Shown here piece by piece: positions 26,294 through 34,328 of a stretch of DNA of 64,000 bases. Source of the stretch: Fimbriimonadaceae bacterium (GTDB lineage Bacteria; Armatimonadota; Fimbriimonadia; Fimbriimonadales; Fimbriimonadaceae); NCBI GenBank assembly GCA_037190145.1, contig JBBCJU010000003.1, positions 2,170 to 66,169 on the forward strand. Direction: 5' to 3'. The stretch's first letter is position 1. Each line of letters opens with the position of its first letter. Made by a program: the position numbers and the translations under genes. A model generated the notes under the pieces. It did no database searches and was not told where the DNA came from. It worked only from the letters and a program-made list of their open reading frames with translations.

Positions 26294-27430
26294 ATGTTCG
26301 ACGAAGAAAAGGGATGGTATTTCTCCCAAATACTTCAGGCCACAGAGCGCGAAGATTGGTATCTCCAGCAACTCATTCTTCAGTGGAGACAACTTCGATA
26401 CAGCAAGGATCGTGCTCAAAGGAATAGCCTTCTCGGCAATCTGATGAAGCGCGGCAATGGAATTGCTCGACGTGAACTGGATCGCATTTGGAAAGAACAG
26501 CTTCAGGAAAACAACATTGGGCCTCTCCACGACTTTATTGAATACGGCACCCCAAATGACTATCGAACGGTTCTTCAGCATTGTGAAGCTGCGTGGCAAA
26601 ATCGAAGGAAACCGCATCCCGACGTTTGGTACATCCACCTTAAAGCGGAGGATGGAATCGGTAAGAAACGTGCCGCGAAGATCCGCCAGTCCTTCCTGAC
26701 TCGAAATCCAAAGTTCGCCAAGATCGCCGACTTTCCGGAATGCAAGATTGAGAAACCATACGCACCTCTCAACGAGGACAAGACGGTTGAGGAATGCATC
26801 CTCGCTGCGACCTGGGTCCCAGCTAACCTGCTTGATGCAGATGGGTTAGCCAGGGTGGTTAAACTGATGCAGACCAACCTGCAAACCAACCAGCTACGGT
26901 CCGCAATCCGTGTCTTCAATAAGTTCCCTTTCCCAGGAGATATCCAGATTCTTCTCAACTTCCTTGACCACGAGAATGAGCAAATCGTCTTCACAACCCT
27001 CAACGCACTTCAAGAAACGAAAAGTGCCCTCATTCGAGAAGCTCTGTTTAGTCGAACGTTTGAGCCAAGTGTCCGATGCACAATTGTGTCTGCCCTAAGT
27101 AGCAGTTTCGAGCCAGGAGATGAGAGGTGGGTCAAGGATCAGCTCGACTCGATCGATGACACATGGGATCAGCACATAGCTCGCATGAGCATGTTTGATG
27201 TCGTCAGAAAGAACCCCAAAGGTGACTGGATCAATCTTCTACAAGAAGCCTACGAGTTCTCAGCTTGCCAAATTTGCCGATCCAGCTTCGCCGAGCATCT
27301 CCACAAACGTCGTGCTCTTCCCCGTCTTGAGCTTGAAGCCCTTCAACACGATGCCTTCGAATCTACACGAACCTGGGCGACAAAGGAGCTTCACAAGCTC
27401 GACCGGAAAGCAGGCAAGGCAACCGCTTGA
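26294..27430 (+). CDS. Hypothetical helical-repeat (HEAT-like?) protein
   Basis: 378-aa ORF with helix-rich composition. Segments such as ILLNFLDHENEQIVFTTLNALQE look HEAT-like. No family recognised. Confidence 0.4.
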   Translation: MFDEEKGWYFSQILQATEREDWYLQQLILQWRQLRYSKDRAQRNSLLGNLMKRGNGIARRELDRIWKEQLQENNIGPLHDFIEYGTPNDYRTVLQHCEAAWQNRRKPHPDVWYIHLKAEDGIGKKRAAKIRQSFLTRNPKFAKIADFPECKIEKPYAPLNEDKTVEECILAATWVPANLLDADGLARVVKLMQTNLQTNQLRSAIRVFNKFPFPGDIQILLNFLDHENEQIVFTTLNALQETKSALIREALFSRTFEPSVRCTIVSALSSSFEPGDERWVKDQLDSIDDTWDQHIARMSMFDVVRKNPKGDWINLLQEAYEFSACQICRSSFAEHLHKRRALPRLELEALQHDAFESTRTWATKELHKLDRKAGKATA

Positions 27431-27551
27431 GGTGATTTGTGCCTTGTGTGCAAATCGCTCAAGAGCCTTCCCATTCGCCCGCAGTTGTAGATGATGGTGT
27501 CGTTGCGATGCAACTGCGTGCGACATTGCTATAGCTAAAGACAAGAAAGTG

Positions 27552-28952
27552 TTAGCGCCATAAAACCAAGACGGATTCGATAATGTGCCGTGCCGGATTG
27601 CCTTCAACGGGCGACTTGTTTTCGTAAGGTTGGATTTCGTACTCGAACACAGATTTGACCTTCAACTGCTTGGTAACGTCTACCACCCAAGGGTCCAAGA
27701 CAGAGCCCGGTGCCCAACCTGCCCGATCATACTTCCAAGTTCCTCCCTGAGGGCGGCAAGGGTTGAGGTAGTTGTCTTCTTTCCACAGATCACTCTGAAA
27801 AGGTGTGCCGTTCACGCTGAGTTTTCGCCAAAGCTTGATGAACTCAGCGGCATTGCCGGTATTTGGGTTCATGCCATGACCACTAACTGTGGTGTAGATT
27901 TGCGCCCGCTTAAAGCTTGGAACATCCAGACTTTGGGAAGCAGGCAGGGGCTTCTTCGTGCCGATCTCATAGGTGTTCTGCCAAAGCGGAATCACCGCCA
28001 CCGGCTTGGGCGCTAGACGACCCTCGAAATACTCCAGATCAAACGTTACCGCCCATCCTTCGCCCCAGGTCTCACAATCCCAGCTAAGTTCCTTCTTGCC
28101 TTGAAGAAGCGGCAATAGATGAGTCAAGTCTAGTTGCCAAGTCCATCCTTTTCGATAGGGTGTCATACAGCGCAAAACTTCAAATCGTTTGCCATTTTGA
28201 TCCTTCAAAGAAAGAGATGCAGACCTATCCCAAGGGTCAATTCCTTTGGGTGTGGGGCCAAGTTTCAATGTTCCGACTAAGCGACCAACCCGGTCTACCT
28301 TTTCGGGAAGTTGTACAGATTTGGTAAATCTATGACGATTAACATCATTGATCTCTGCATCAAAAACTCTCACTTTTTGCGATGCCTCTTCCTTTTTGCC
28401 TCGGCCATAAGAAAGCTTGACATCGCCCTGGGCTCCCACCAAGTTCCAAGAAGACTTTAACGGACGCATTTTTGGCACTAAAAAACGATCATAAATCGCT
28501 GTCTTGCCAACCCAAACAGAAACCAGGCTTCCCCCAATCGTCCACTCCACCTTGATCCGTGTTTCCTGAGCCTTGTCACTCCGAATCTCCACCGGGGACA
28601 ACCGATTGGCAATCTCCGTACCATTCCAGTGAAGCGACACTTCCCTCTCGGGTCGTCCATAAATGTTTCCATTGGCGTTAAAAGGGTCACGCTCACGAGG
28701 ATTATGAAGATCAAATCCAACCCCAAACCCACCAGAAACATTCGGTTCAGCTACGTCCCCCATAGCAGGAACGACGTCGGCACAAAGGAGTGAGAATCCC
28801 TTAGATTCCGGCGACAGAAGGTATTGGGCACGGACCTCAGAACGATCCACCAGAGGGGTGGTCTGAAGGACAGTGGCAGCAAGGATGGTGAAAACCATTC
28901 CTAAGAGACTACTCGTTTTGCCGGAAAAAGAAGCAGGAACACCACCAAGCAT
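27552..28952 (-). CDS. Peptide-N-glycosidase F-like protein with N-terminal extension, secreted
   Basis: The C-terminal half aligns by eye to Elizabethkingia PNGase F. The matching blocks are IDPWDRSASLSL / CDEWDRYANVYV, MTPY / ITPY, TTVSGHG...NAAEF / TTISGWGH...GCAEW and YDRAGWAPG / PDRAGWCPG. Confidence 0.65.
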   Translation of the reverse strand: MLGGVPASFSGKTSSLLGMVFTILAATVLQTTPLVDRSEVRAQYLLSPESKGFSLLCADVVPAMGDVAEPNVSGGFGVGFDLHNPRERDPFNANGNIYGRPEREVSLHWNGTEIANRLSPVEIRSDKAQETRIKVEWTIGGSLVSVWVGKTAIYDRFLVPKMRPLKSSWNLVGAQGDVKLSYGRGKKEEASQKVRVFDAEINDVNRHRFTKSVQLPEKVDRVGRLVGTLKLGPTPKGIDPWDRSASLSLKDQNGKRFEVLRCMTPYRKGWTWQLDLTHLLPLLQGKKELSWDCETWGEGWAVTFDLEYFEGRLAPKPVAVIPLWQNTYEIGTKKPLPASQSLDVPSFKRAQIYTTVSGHGMNPNTGNAAEFIKLWRKLSVNGTPFQSDLWKEDNYLNPCRPQGGTWKYDRAGWAPGSVLDPWVVDVTKQLKVKSVFEYEIQPYENKSPVEGNPARHIIESVLVLWR

Positions 28953-28985
28953 GATGATTGATGTTTGATGCGTAATAATTATTGT

Positions 28986-29213
28986 ATGAGGACAACCGTT
29001 AACTTAGATCCAAGTGCATTGTCTATTCTAAAATCGCTAGCGATCAGAGAGCAAAGAACGCTGGGAGAGGTTCTGAACCGACTTATTTTTAAAGAGGTTG
29101 AGCTAAGCCACATCGAGACAAAGAATGGGTTCCCAGTTCTTCCGAATCGAGTTCCTGGAGCTGTTTTGACGACTGAAGATGTTCTGAACATCATGGAGCA
29201 AGAAGGAATCTAG
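28986..29213 (+). CDS. vapB: VapB-type antitoxin
   Basis: The MRTTVNLDPSALSILKSLA N-terminus is typical of the VapB_antitoxin family. The gene sits 4 nt upstream of a PIN gene. Confidence 0.7.
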   Translation: MRTTVNLDPSALSILKSLAIREQRTLGEVLNRLIFKEVELSHIETKNGFPVLPNRVPGAVLTTEDVLNIMEQEGI

Positions 29214-29217
29214 CCTT

Positions 29218-29637
29218 ATGTTCCTACTCGATGTAAACGTGCTGGTTGCACTAATGGATTCCGGTCACATCCACCATGACGTATGCCAGAACTGGTACTC
29301 CAATCACGGGGTTAAGGGCTGGGCCACCTGTCCAATAACCGAAAATGGATTCCTAAGAGTATTGGCTTCGCCAGCAATAAAAACGGGCCCCGTTCCTCCT
29401 GCTCAAGCAGCCATGTTTCTAAAACAGGCCGTCTCCCAAGGTAATCACACCTTAATTCCTGACTCCCTGAGCATTCTTGAGAGCTTGGATCTGTTTAAAA
29501 ACATCCAAGGACATCGGCAGATCACCGATCTTTACCTACTGACCCTTTGCCGAGCAAATAACTTAAGGCTTGCAACCTTGGATCGTAGACTTGCAAGCCT
29601 TATCCCTTCAAACCTCGATTTAGTAGAGTTTATATAG
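29218..29637 (+). CDS. vapC: PIN-domain toxin VapC
   Basis: MFLLDVNVLVAL (first acidic PIN residue), a later ITENGFLRV block and a C-terminal LATLD block. 139 aa. Confidence 0.8.
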   Translation: MFLLDVNVLVALMDSGHIHHDVCQNWYSNHGVKGWATCPITENGFLRVLASPAIKTGPVPPAQAAMFLKQAVSQGNHTLIPDSLSILESLDLFKNIQGHRQITDLYLLTLCRANNLRLATLDRRLASLIPSNLDLVEFI

Positions 29638-29663
29638 CAGCTACGCTTGCTAACTACTCAATA

Positions 29664-30446
29664 TTAGGCAACTTGAAGATCTCTGATTTGTCCCAGCCGT
29701 TCATCCCTTGTTGGGTAACTGCTCAACTTAGAATCGACTGGATTCTCTTCAGCCGTTAGCTTATCTAGGGCAGCATATGCAGCTTCAAAGTCACCACAAA
29801 GTTCAGCACCAATAAGATCGCACTCTAGTTCTATAGCCTTGCCCGACAAAGGAGCCCGGTGTGCTAACCAAACAGTGAATACAACAAGAGCCGAAAATAA
29901 AGCTACTAACGCCAAAACACGGGTTTGCCATAAAAAATCCACTCTTGCCACTGTCAGGACTGGCAGTATAGCTACGAAACAAAGAATCAAAATAGGATGC
30001 TTCAAGACTCTCTTTCGATGCCGGATTCTTCGTAGATGTCCCAATTCATGGCCTAGTAAGAAGTCAATCTCTACATCTCTCAGTCTACTAATCGCTTTCT
30101 CAGTTACAAAAATCGTATCGTGCTTTACCCACGCATTTATCTGGCTGGTTCCAGTGCGACCGACTAGACGCCTAACCGGTACCGGAGAAATCCCCATCCG
30201 AGCGGCCAGATTCTTCACTTTCTCGGTTAAGTCCTCGTCAATGGGAGTTAGCTCCGGATCGTACATCTCCATTATTGGAAAAATGAATGGATTAAAGATA
30301 AGGGATAAGGGAACTACCAGAGACAGTGGCGGATTAGAAACCTTGAGACCCAATATATTCCCTACGAAAATGGCAAGTAAATCGACAAACAACCAGATAG
30401 CAACGAAAGGCCAAATCGTTATCACCAATCGCAAATATCCTATCAC
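29664..30446 (-). CDS. M48-family (HtpX-like) membrane zinc metalloprotease
   Basis: HELGH zinc motif (LLGHELGHL) flanked by several TM helices. 260 aa. Confidence 0.7.
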   Translation of the reverse strand: MIGYLRLVITIWPFVAIWLFVDLLAIFVGNILGLKVSNPPLSLVVPLSLIFNPFIFPIMEMYDPELTPIDEDLTEKVKNLAARMGISPVPVRRLVGRTGTSQINAWVKHDTIFVTEKAISRLRDVEIDFLLGHELGHLRRIRHRKRVLKHPILILCFVAILPVLTVARVDFLWQTRVLALVALFSALVVFTVWLAHRAPLSGKAIELECDLIGAELCGDFEAAYAALDKLTAEENPVDSKLSSYPTRDERLGQIRDLQVA

Positions 30447-30483
30447 TGCGCGATGAGTATACGGTCAAAGATGCTCTGTCCTG

Positions 30484-32169
30484 CTACAGCTTTGCTTCTA
30501 CAATCTCCAGGATCTCTTCTTCCAGGGTTACAGCAGCATCCGCCAACATTTGGGCTTTGGCTAGGGTTACTTCGACGAAAGCTTGATCTTTGATGCTGCC
30601 GCAGTTGATCTTTACGTTCAAATGAGCGCCCAACACCGCTGATCTTGCCGCCAAAGCACCGACTCCCGCGTCGGAAACAGAATTGGGATTTCCGATCTCT
30701 GCCATGGCTTTAATCACAGCCATCGAGTCATGAGAGACTTGCATTACTTCTAAAGGAATGTTGATCGCGTGTTTGGTTGCCTCTTGAATCGCCGCTGTTC
30801 TGGCGGCTTTTTCTTCATCTGTCGATTTAGGCAACCCAAAGCAAGCCATCAACGCATCAAAAGCGTCTGTATCTTCATCAATCAACTGGAGCAATCGGTC
30901 GTGATAAGCCTTGCCTTTATCCGCCCAATCCGAGAACTCTTCCCAACGGTCATCCCAACCACGCTTGTGGCTCGAGAGATTTGCAACCATGGTAGCAAGC
31001 GCGGCCCCCATCGCTCCCATCGTTGCCGCGATCGAGCCTCCTCCAGGTGCAGGAGATTCAGAAGCGGTTTCCTCGACAAAATCCTTGACTGATACATCGA
31101 TTAATCTTCGTTTATTCGTATCCTGCAGGGCATATTCGATAATCTTTTTCTCAGGTTCAAAGGAACCTAACTCATCCAAACCCATGGACTTGATCGCGAT
31201 TTTTATGAGTTCAGCATCGCTTACCCCCGTCGAGCGCTTTTGCTTTCGTAAGAAGTAACGCCCAGCATCGAGCATACAGCTTAGGGGAATCAACCCAACA
31301 AGCTCAGAACCCGTGATCCGAATCCCTCGAGCGTTTGCCTTCTCCGAAGTTTCATCAAATGCGACATGAACCGGGGTTTCCCTAATGCTTGTTAGGTTCA
31401 TGGAGACTTGGCAAATGCCATATTCTTCGATATACCAACCGATGCCCTTGACGTTTTTTAGAACTCCTGGCTCGTAAACCGCGGCTCCATTCCCGTCTCG
31501 AACAATCTCACCCGTGATTGGGTCCCCTTCCCGCTTCATCCTTCCCTTCTCTCGCACATCAAAGGCAACGGAGTTCGCTCGTCTTACGGAAGTTGTATTC
31601 AGGTTGATGTTGTAGGCAACGAGAATGTCTCTCGCACTCACGGCAGTTGCGCCAAGTTTCTCGTTAAAAGTTGCGGGACCAAAATCTGGTTTCCACTCTG
31701 GCTTTTTGAGCTTCTCGCTTAGCCCTTCATACTCGCCACTTCGTACATAACTAAGGTCTCGACGTTCATCACTACTAGCAGCAAATCCGTAGTTGTAAAT
31801 GGTCATTCCCAGTTCGTCGGCAAATCTGCGAGATAGTTGTTTTGCGTATTCCGCAGCTTGCTCCATTGTGCAGTTAGAAATGGGAATAATCGGGCAAACA
31901 TCTAGGAACCCAAAACGGGGGTGCTCGCCTTTGTGATTCCGCATATCGATCAGACTCGCCCCAACCTTAGCGGCTTGAAATGCTGCCTCTAAAACAGGTT
32001 CTGGGGAACCTGCAAACGTGTACACCGTGCGGTTCGTCGATTTACCCGGGTCAACATCCAGTAACTTGCATCCATCCACAGCTCGAATCGCTGCCGCAAT
32101 CGCTTCAATAATCGACGTATCTCGACCTTCGCTGAAGTTTGGAACGCATTCGATAATGGGTTGACTCAT
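30484..32169 (-). CDS. ftcD: Bifunctional glutamate formimidoyltransferase / formimidoyltetrahydrofolate cyclodeaminase
   Basis: IECVPNFSEGRD N-terminal hallmark of the formiminotransferase. The C-terminal ~200-aa helical domain (ESPAPGGGSIAA) is typical of the cyclodeaminase. ATG 32169 is preferred over 32205. Confidence 0.85.
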   Translation of the reverse strand: MSQPIIECVPNFSEGRDTSIIEAIAAAIRAVDGCKLLDVDPGKSTNRTVYTFAGSPEPVLEAAFQAAKVGASLIDMRNHKGEHPRFGFLDVCPIIPISNCTMEQAAEYAKQLSRRFADELGMTIYNYGFAASSDERRDLSYVRSGEYEGLSEKLKKPEWKPDFGPATFNEKLGATAVSARDILVAYNINLNTTSVRRANSVAFDVREKGRMKREGDPITGEIVRDGNGAAVYEPGVLKNVKGIGWYIEEYGICQVSMNLTSIRETPVHVAFDETSEKANARGIRITGSELVGLIPLSCMLDAGRYFLRKQKRSTGVSDAELIKIAIKSMGLDELGSFEPEKKIIEYALQDTNKRRLIDVSVKDFVEETASESPAPGGGSIAATMGAMGAALATMVANLSSHKRGWDDRWEEFSDWADKGKAYHDRLLQLIDEDTDAFDALMACFGLPKSTDEEKAARTAAIQEATKHAINIPLEVMQVSHDSMAVIKAMAEIGNPNSVSDAGVGALAARSAVLGAHLNVKINCGSIKDQAFVEVTLAKAQMLADAAVTLEEEILEIVEAKL

Positions 32170-32219
32170 AGAGTCATTGTACTGAGATAGCCACGTTTCT
32201 ACCATGGTATAACGACGCT

Positions 32220-32486
32220 ATGGGCCTGAATATCAAAAATGAAGAAGTTGAACGGCTCGTGACGGAAGTGTCTCGAATAACGGGCGAAACGAAAACTGAG
32301 GCGATACGCCAAGCCCTGTTAGAACGCAAACGTCGCTTAGCTCCCGACCAGGTTAAAGAAGGTCGTGCTAAGGCATTCCAATACTTGCGCGATGAAGTAT
32401 GGCCTGGCCTAACAACGGAACAAAGGAAGCCTATCTCCAAGCAGGAATGGGAGGAAACCCTTGGAATCGATACAGAAAGCTCCTAA
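32220..32486 (+). CDS. vapB: Antitoxin, Rv0623-like (PSK_trans_fac) VapB family
   Basis: MGLNIKNEEVERLVTEVSRITGETKTEAIRQALLERKRRL matches that antitoxin family pattern. Overlaps the downstream PIN gene. Confidence 0.7.
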   Translation: MGLNIKNEEVERLVTEVSRITGETKTEAIRQALLERKRRLAPDQVKEGRAKAFQYLRDEVWPGLTTEQRKPISKQEWEETLGIDTESS

Positions 32487-32883
32487 CGCTGGCTTTGTCC
32501 TAGATGCATCAATTATCGTCGCAATTATCCTACAGCAAGAGGAAGCAGAAGCTGCCACAAGTTTGCTTGCAGGGTCACTACCTCTGTTCATCGGTGCGCC
32601 TACATTGCTGGAGGCCAGAATGGTCCTTCTCTCTAGGGGTTTCCTGTCTCAGTTTGAGGCTTGGTGGGCAACTATGAACGTAGAGACATTATCTTTTGGT
32701 CAAGCTCACACCGAAGCAGCCACGTTGGCATTCCAACGTTTTGGAAAGGGCCGAAGTTCAGCAAAGCTAAACTTCGGCGACTGTATGGCGTACGCAACAG
32801 CACAAATCGCCAACACCGCTTTGTTATACATCGGAAACGACTTTGACGAGACCGACATTTCTAGATTCCGTGTTACTCCTTAA
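32461..32883 (+). CDS. vapC: PIN-domain toxin VapC
   Basis: FVLDASIIVAIIL at the N-terminus and FGDCMAYATA...LLYIGNDF at the C-terminus are PIN acidic-residue blocks. TTG start overlaps the antitoxin by 26 nt. Confidence 0.75.
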   Translation: MESIQKAPNAGFVLDASIIVAIILQQEEAEAATSLLAGSLPLFIGAPTLLEARMVLLSRGFLSQFEAWWATMNVETLSFGQAHTEAATLAFQRFGKGRSSAKLNFGDCMAYATAQIANTALLYIGNDFDETDISRFRVTP

Positions 32884-32901
32884 ACTCCGCATAATAACGG
32901 C

Positions 32902-34110
32902 ATGATCACCGCCGTTCGGAATTGCGGGCAACTTGTGACCCTTTCAGGTTCTCCGGAACCTAGAGTGGGTTCTCAGATGAGTGAGCTTGGCATCCTTGCT
33001 CATGGGTCTATGTTGATCGAGGATGGTCTCATCAAATGGACTGGCCCGGACTCCGAACTACCCGCATACGACGAAGACATTGATGCAAAGGGCATGCTGG
33101 TAACCCCTGGTTTCGTCGATGCTCACACACATGCCGTTTTCGCAGGCGATCGATCTAGCGAGTTTGAACAACGAATTCAAGGAGCAACCTACCAAGAGAT
33201 CAAAGAGGCGGGCGGTGGAATCATGTCCACCGTTCAAGCAACCCGAGAGGCAACTTTTGATGACCTTGTCAGCTCAGCAAACCAGCGACTGCGGTGGATG
33301 CTGGCTTCAGGGACAACTACTCTAGAAGTCAAATCTGGCTACGGGTTGACCTTCGAGTCAGAAACAAAACTGCTTCGGGTTGCTAGGAGTCTAGGACCAC
33401 AAAGGATCGTCAAAACTTACTTAGGGGCTCACGCCATACCACCAGATTCAGACTCCAAGAAGGAGTACTTGGATTCCTTGATTGTAAATCTGTCCAAGGT
33501 GGAGTTCCTCGCCGATTTCTGTGATATATTTGTGGAATCAGGTTATTGCGAACCTGAAGATGCCCGCCGTCTCTTTACCGCCACTAAGTTAAAAGCCCGC
33601 CTTCATGTAGACCAATTCACAAATAATGGAGGTGCAAAGCTTGCTGCGGAGCTTGGAGCCAAGACTGCTGACCACCTAGAGCAAACCGATGGGGACGGAA
33701 TTGCTGCTTTACGACAAGCGGGAGTAATTCCGGTTCTTCTACCCGCCTCTGTTTATTGCCTAGGTCTCTCCAAATATCCTGACGCCCGACTCATGATTCA
33801 AGAAGGATTACCGGTTGTGTTAGCCACCGACTTCAATCCGGGCTCTTCGCCAACGTGTTCTTTACCGTTTGTGATGTCCTTGGCATGTACTCAGATGAGA
33901 ATGACCCCAGCAGAAGCCTTAACAGCCTGCACCATAAATGCCGCGCATGCGCTAGACATGGGAGACCGCGTAGGTTCCTTGGAACCTGGCAAACGAGCTG
34001 ATTTCATCATTCACGATGTAAAGGACTATCGAGAAATTGCGTACTGGGTTGGACATAACTCTGTCGCACAAGTCTTTTTGAACGGTCAGAACATTTGGTC
34101 CAAAAATTAA
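32902..34110 (+). CDS. hutI: Imidazolonepropionase
   Basis: PGFVDAHTH metal site, TTLEVKSGYGL, DHLE and LATDFNPGSSP blocks. 402 aa. Confidence 0.95.
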   Translation: MITAVRNCGQLVTLSGSPEPRVGSQMSELGILAHGSMLIEDGLIKWTGPDSELPAYDEDIDAKGMLVTPGFVDAHTHAVFAGDRSSEFEQRIQGATYQEIKEAGGGIMSTVQATREATFDDLVSSANQRLRWMLASGTTTLEVKSGYGLTFESETKLLRVARSLGPQRIVKTYLGAHAIPPDSDSKKEYLDSLIVNLSKVEFLADFCDIFVESGYCEPEDARRLFTATKLKARLHVDQFTNNGGAKLAAELGAKTADHLEQTDGDGIAALRQAGVIPVLLPASVYCLGLSKYPDARLMIQEGLPVVLATDFNPGSSPTCSLPFVMSLACTQMRMTPAEALTACTINAAHALDMGDRVGSLEPGKRADFIIHDVKDYREIAYWVGHNSVAQVFLNGQNIWSKN

Positions 34111-34113
34111 AAA

Positions 34114-34134
34114 GGCCCCGGGGAGATCGGGGCC
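34114..34134. terminator. GC-rich stem-loop after hutI
   Basis: GGCCCCG-GGGAGAT-CGGGGCC starts 3 nt after the stop. The A-tract is upstream only, so the U-tract would be on the minus strand, where no gene needs it. Confidence 0.4.
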
Positions 34135-34328
34135 AATCCATATGATTTCAGGTTGGTACTAGCGATCCCCGAAAAAATCGGTGTTGGTTCGCAGACCAAA
34201 AGTAGTATACATCGCTTCTCTAGATTTTTTGCATTGATGACGATAAAAATGTAGATCGGCAAGAAAAACCTTGAATAGGGTAAATCTTTGCCTTCGTTGT
34301 TCTTTGAACAGCATTCTTTTTTGTTTCG

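Noticed and set aside
26213-26638. 141-aa minus-strand ORF overlapping the 5' end of the 378-aa plus-strand ORF.
   Set aside because: The plus-strand ORF is far longer and protein-like. The minus-strand frame has no start context or recognisable features.
29839-30456. 205-aa plus-strand ORF antisense to the M48 protease gene.
   Set aside because: The minus-strand frame carries HELGH and coherent TM helices. The plus-strand frame is Ser/Thr/Arg/Lys-rich with no motifs.
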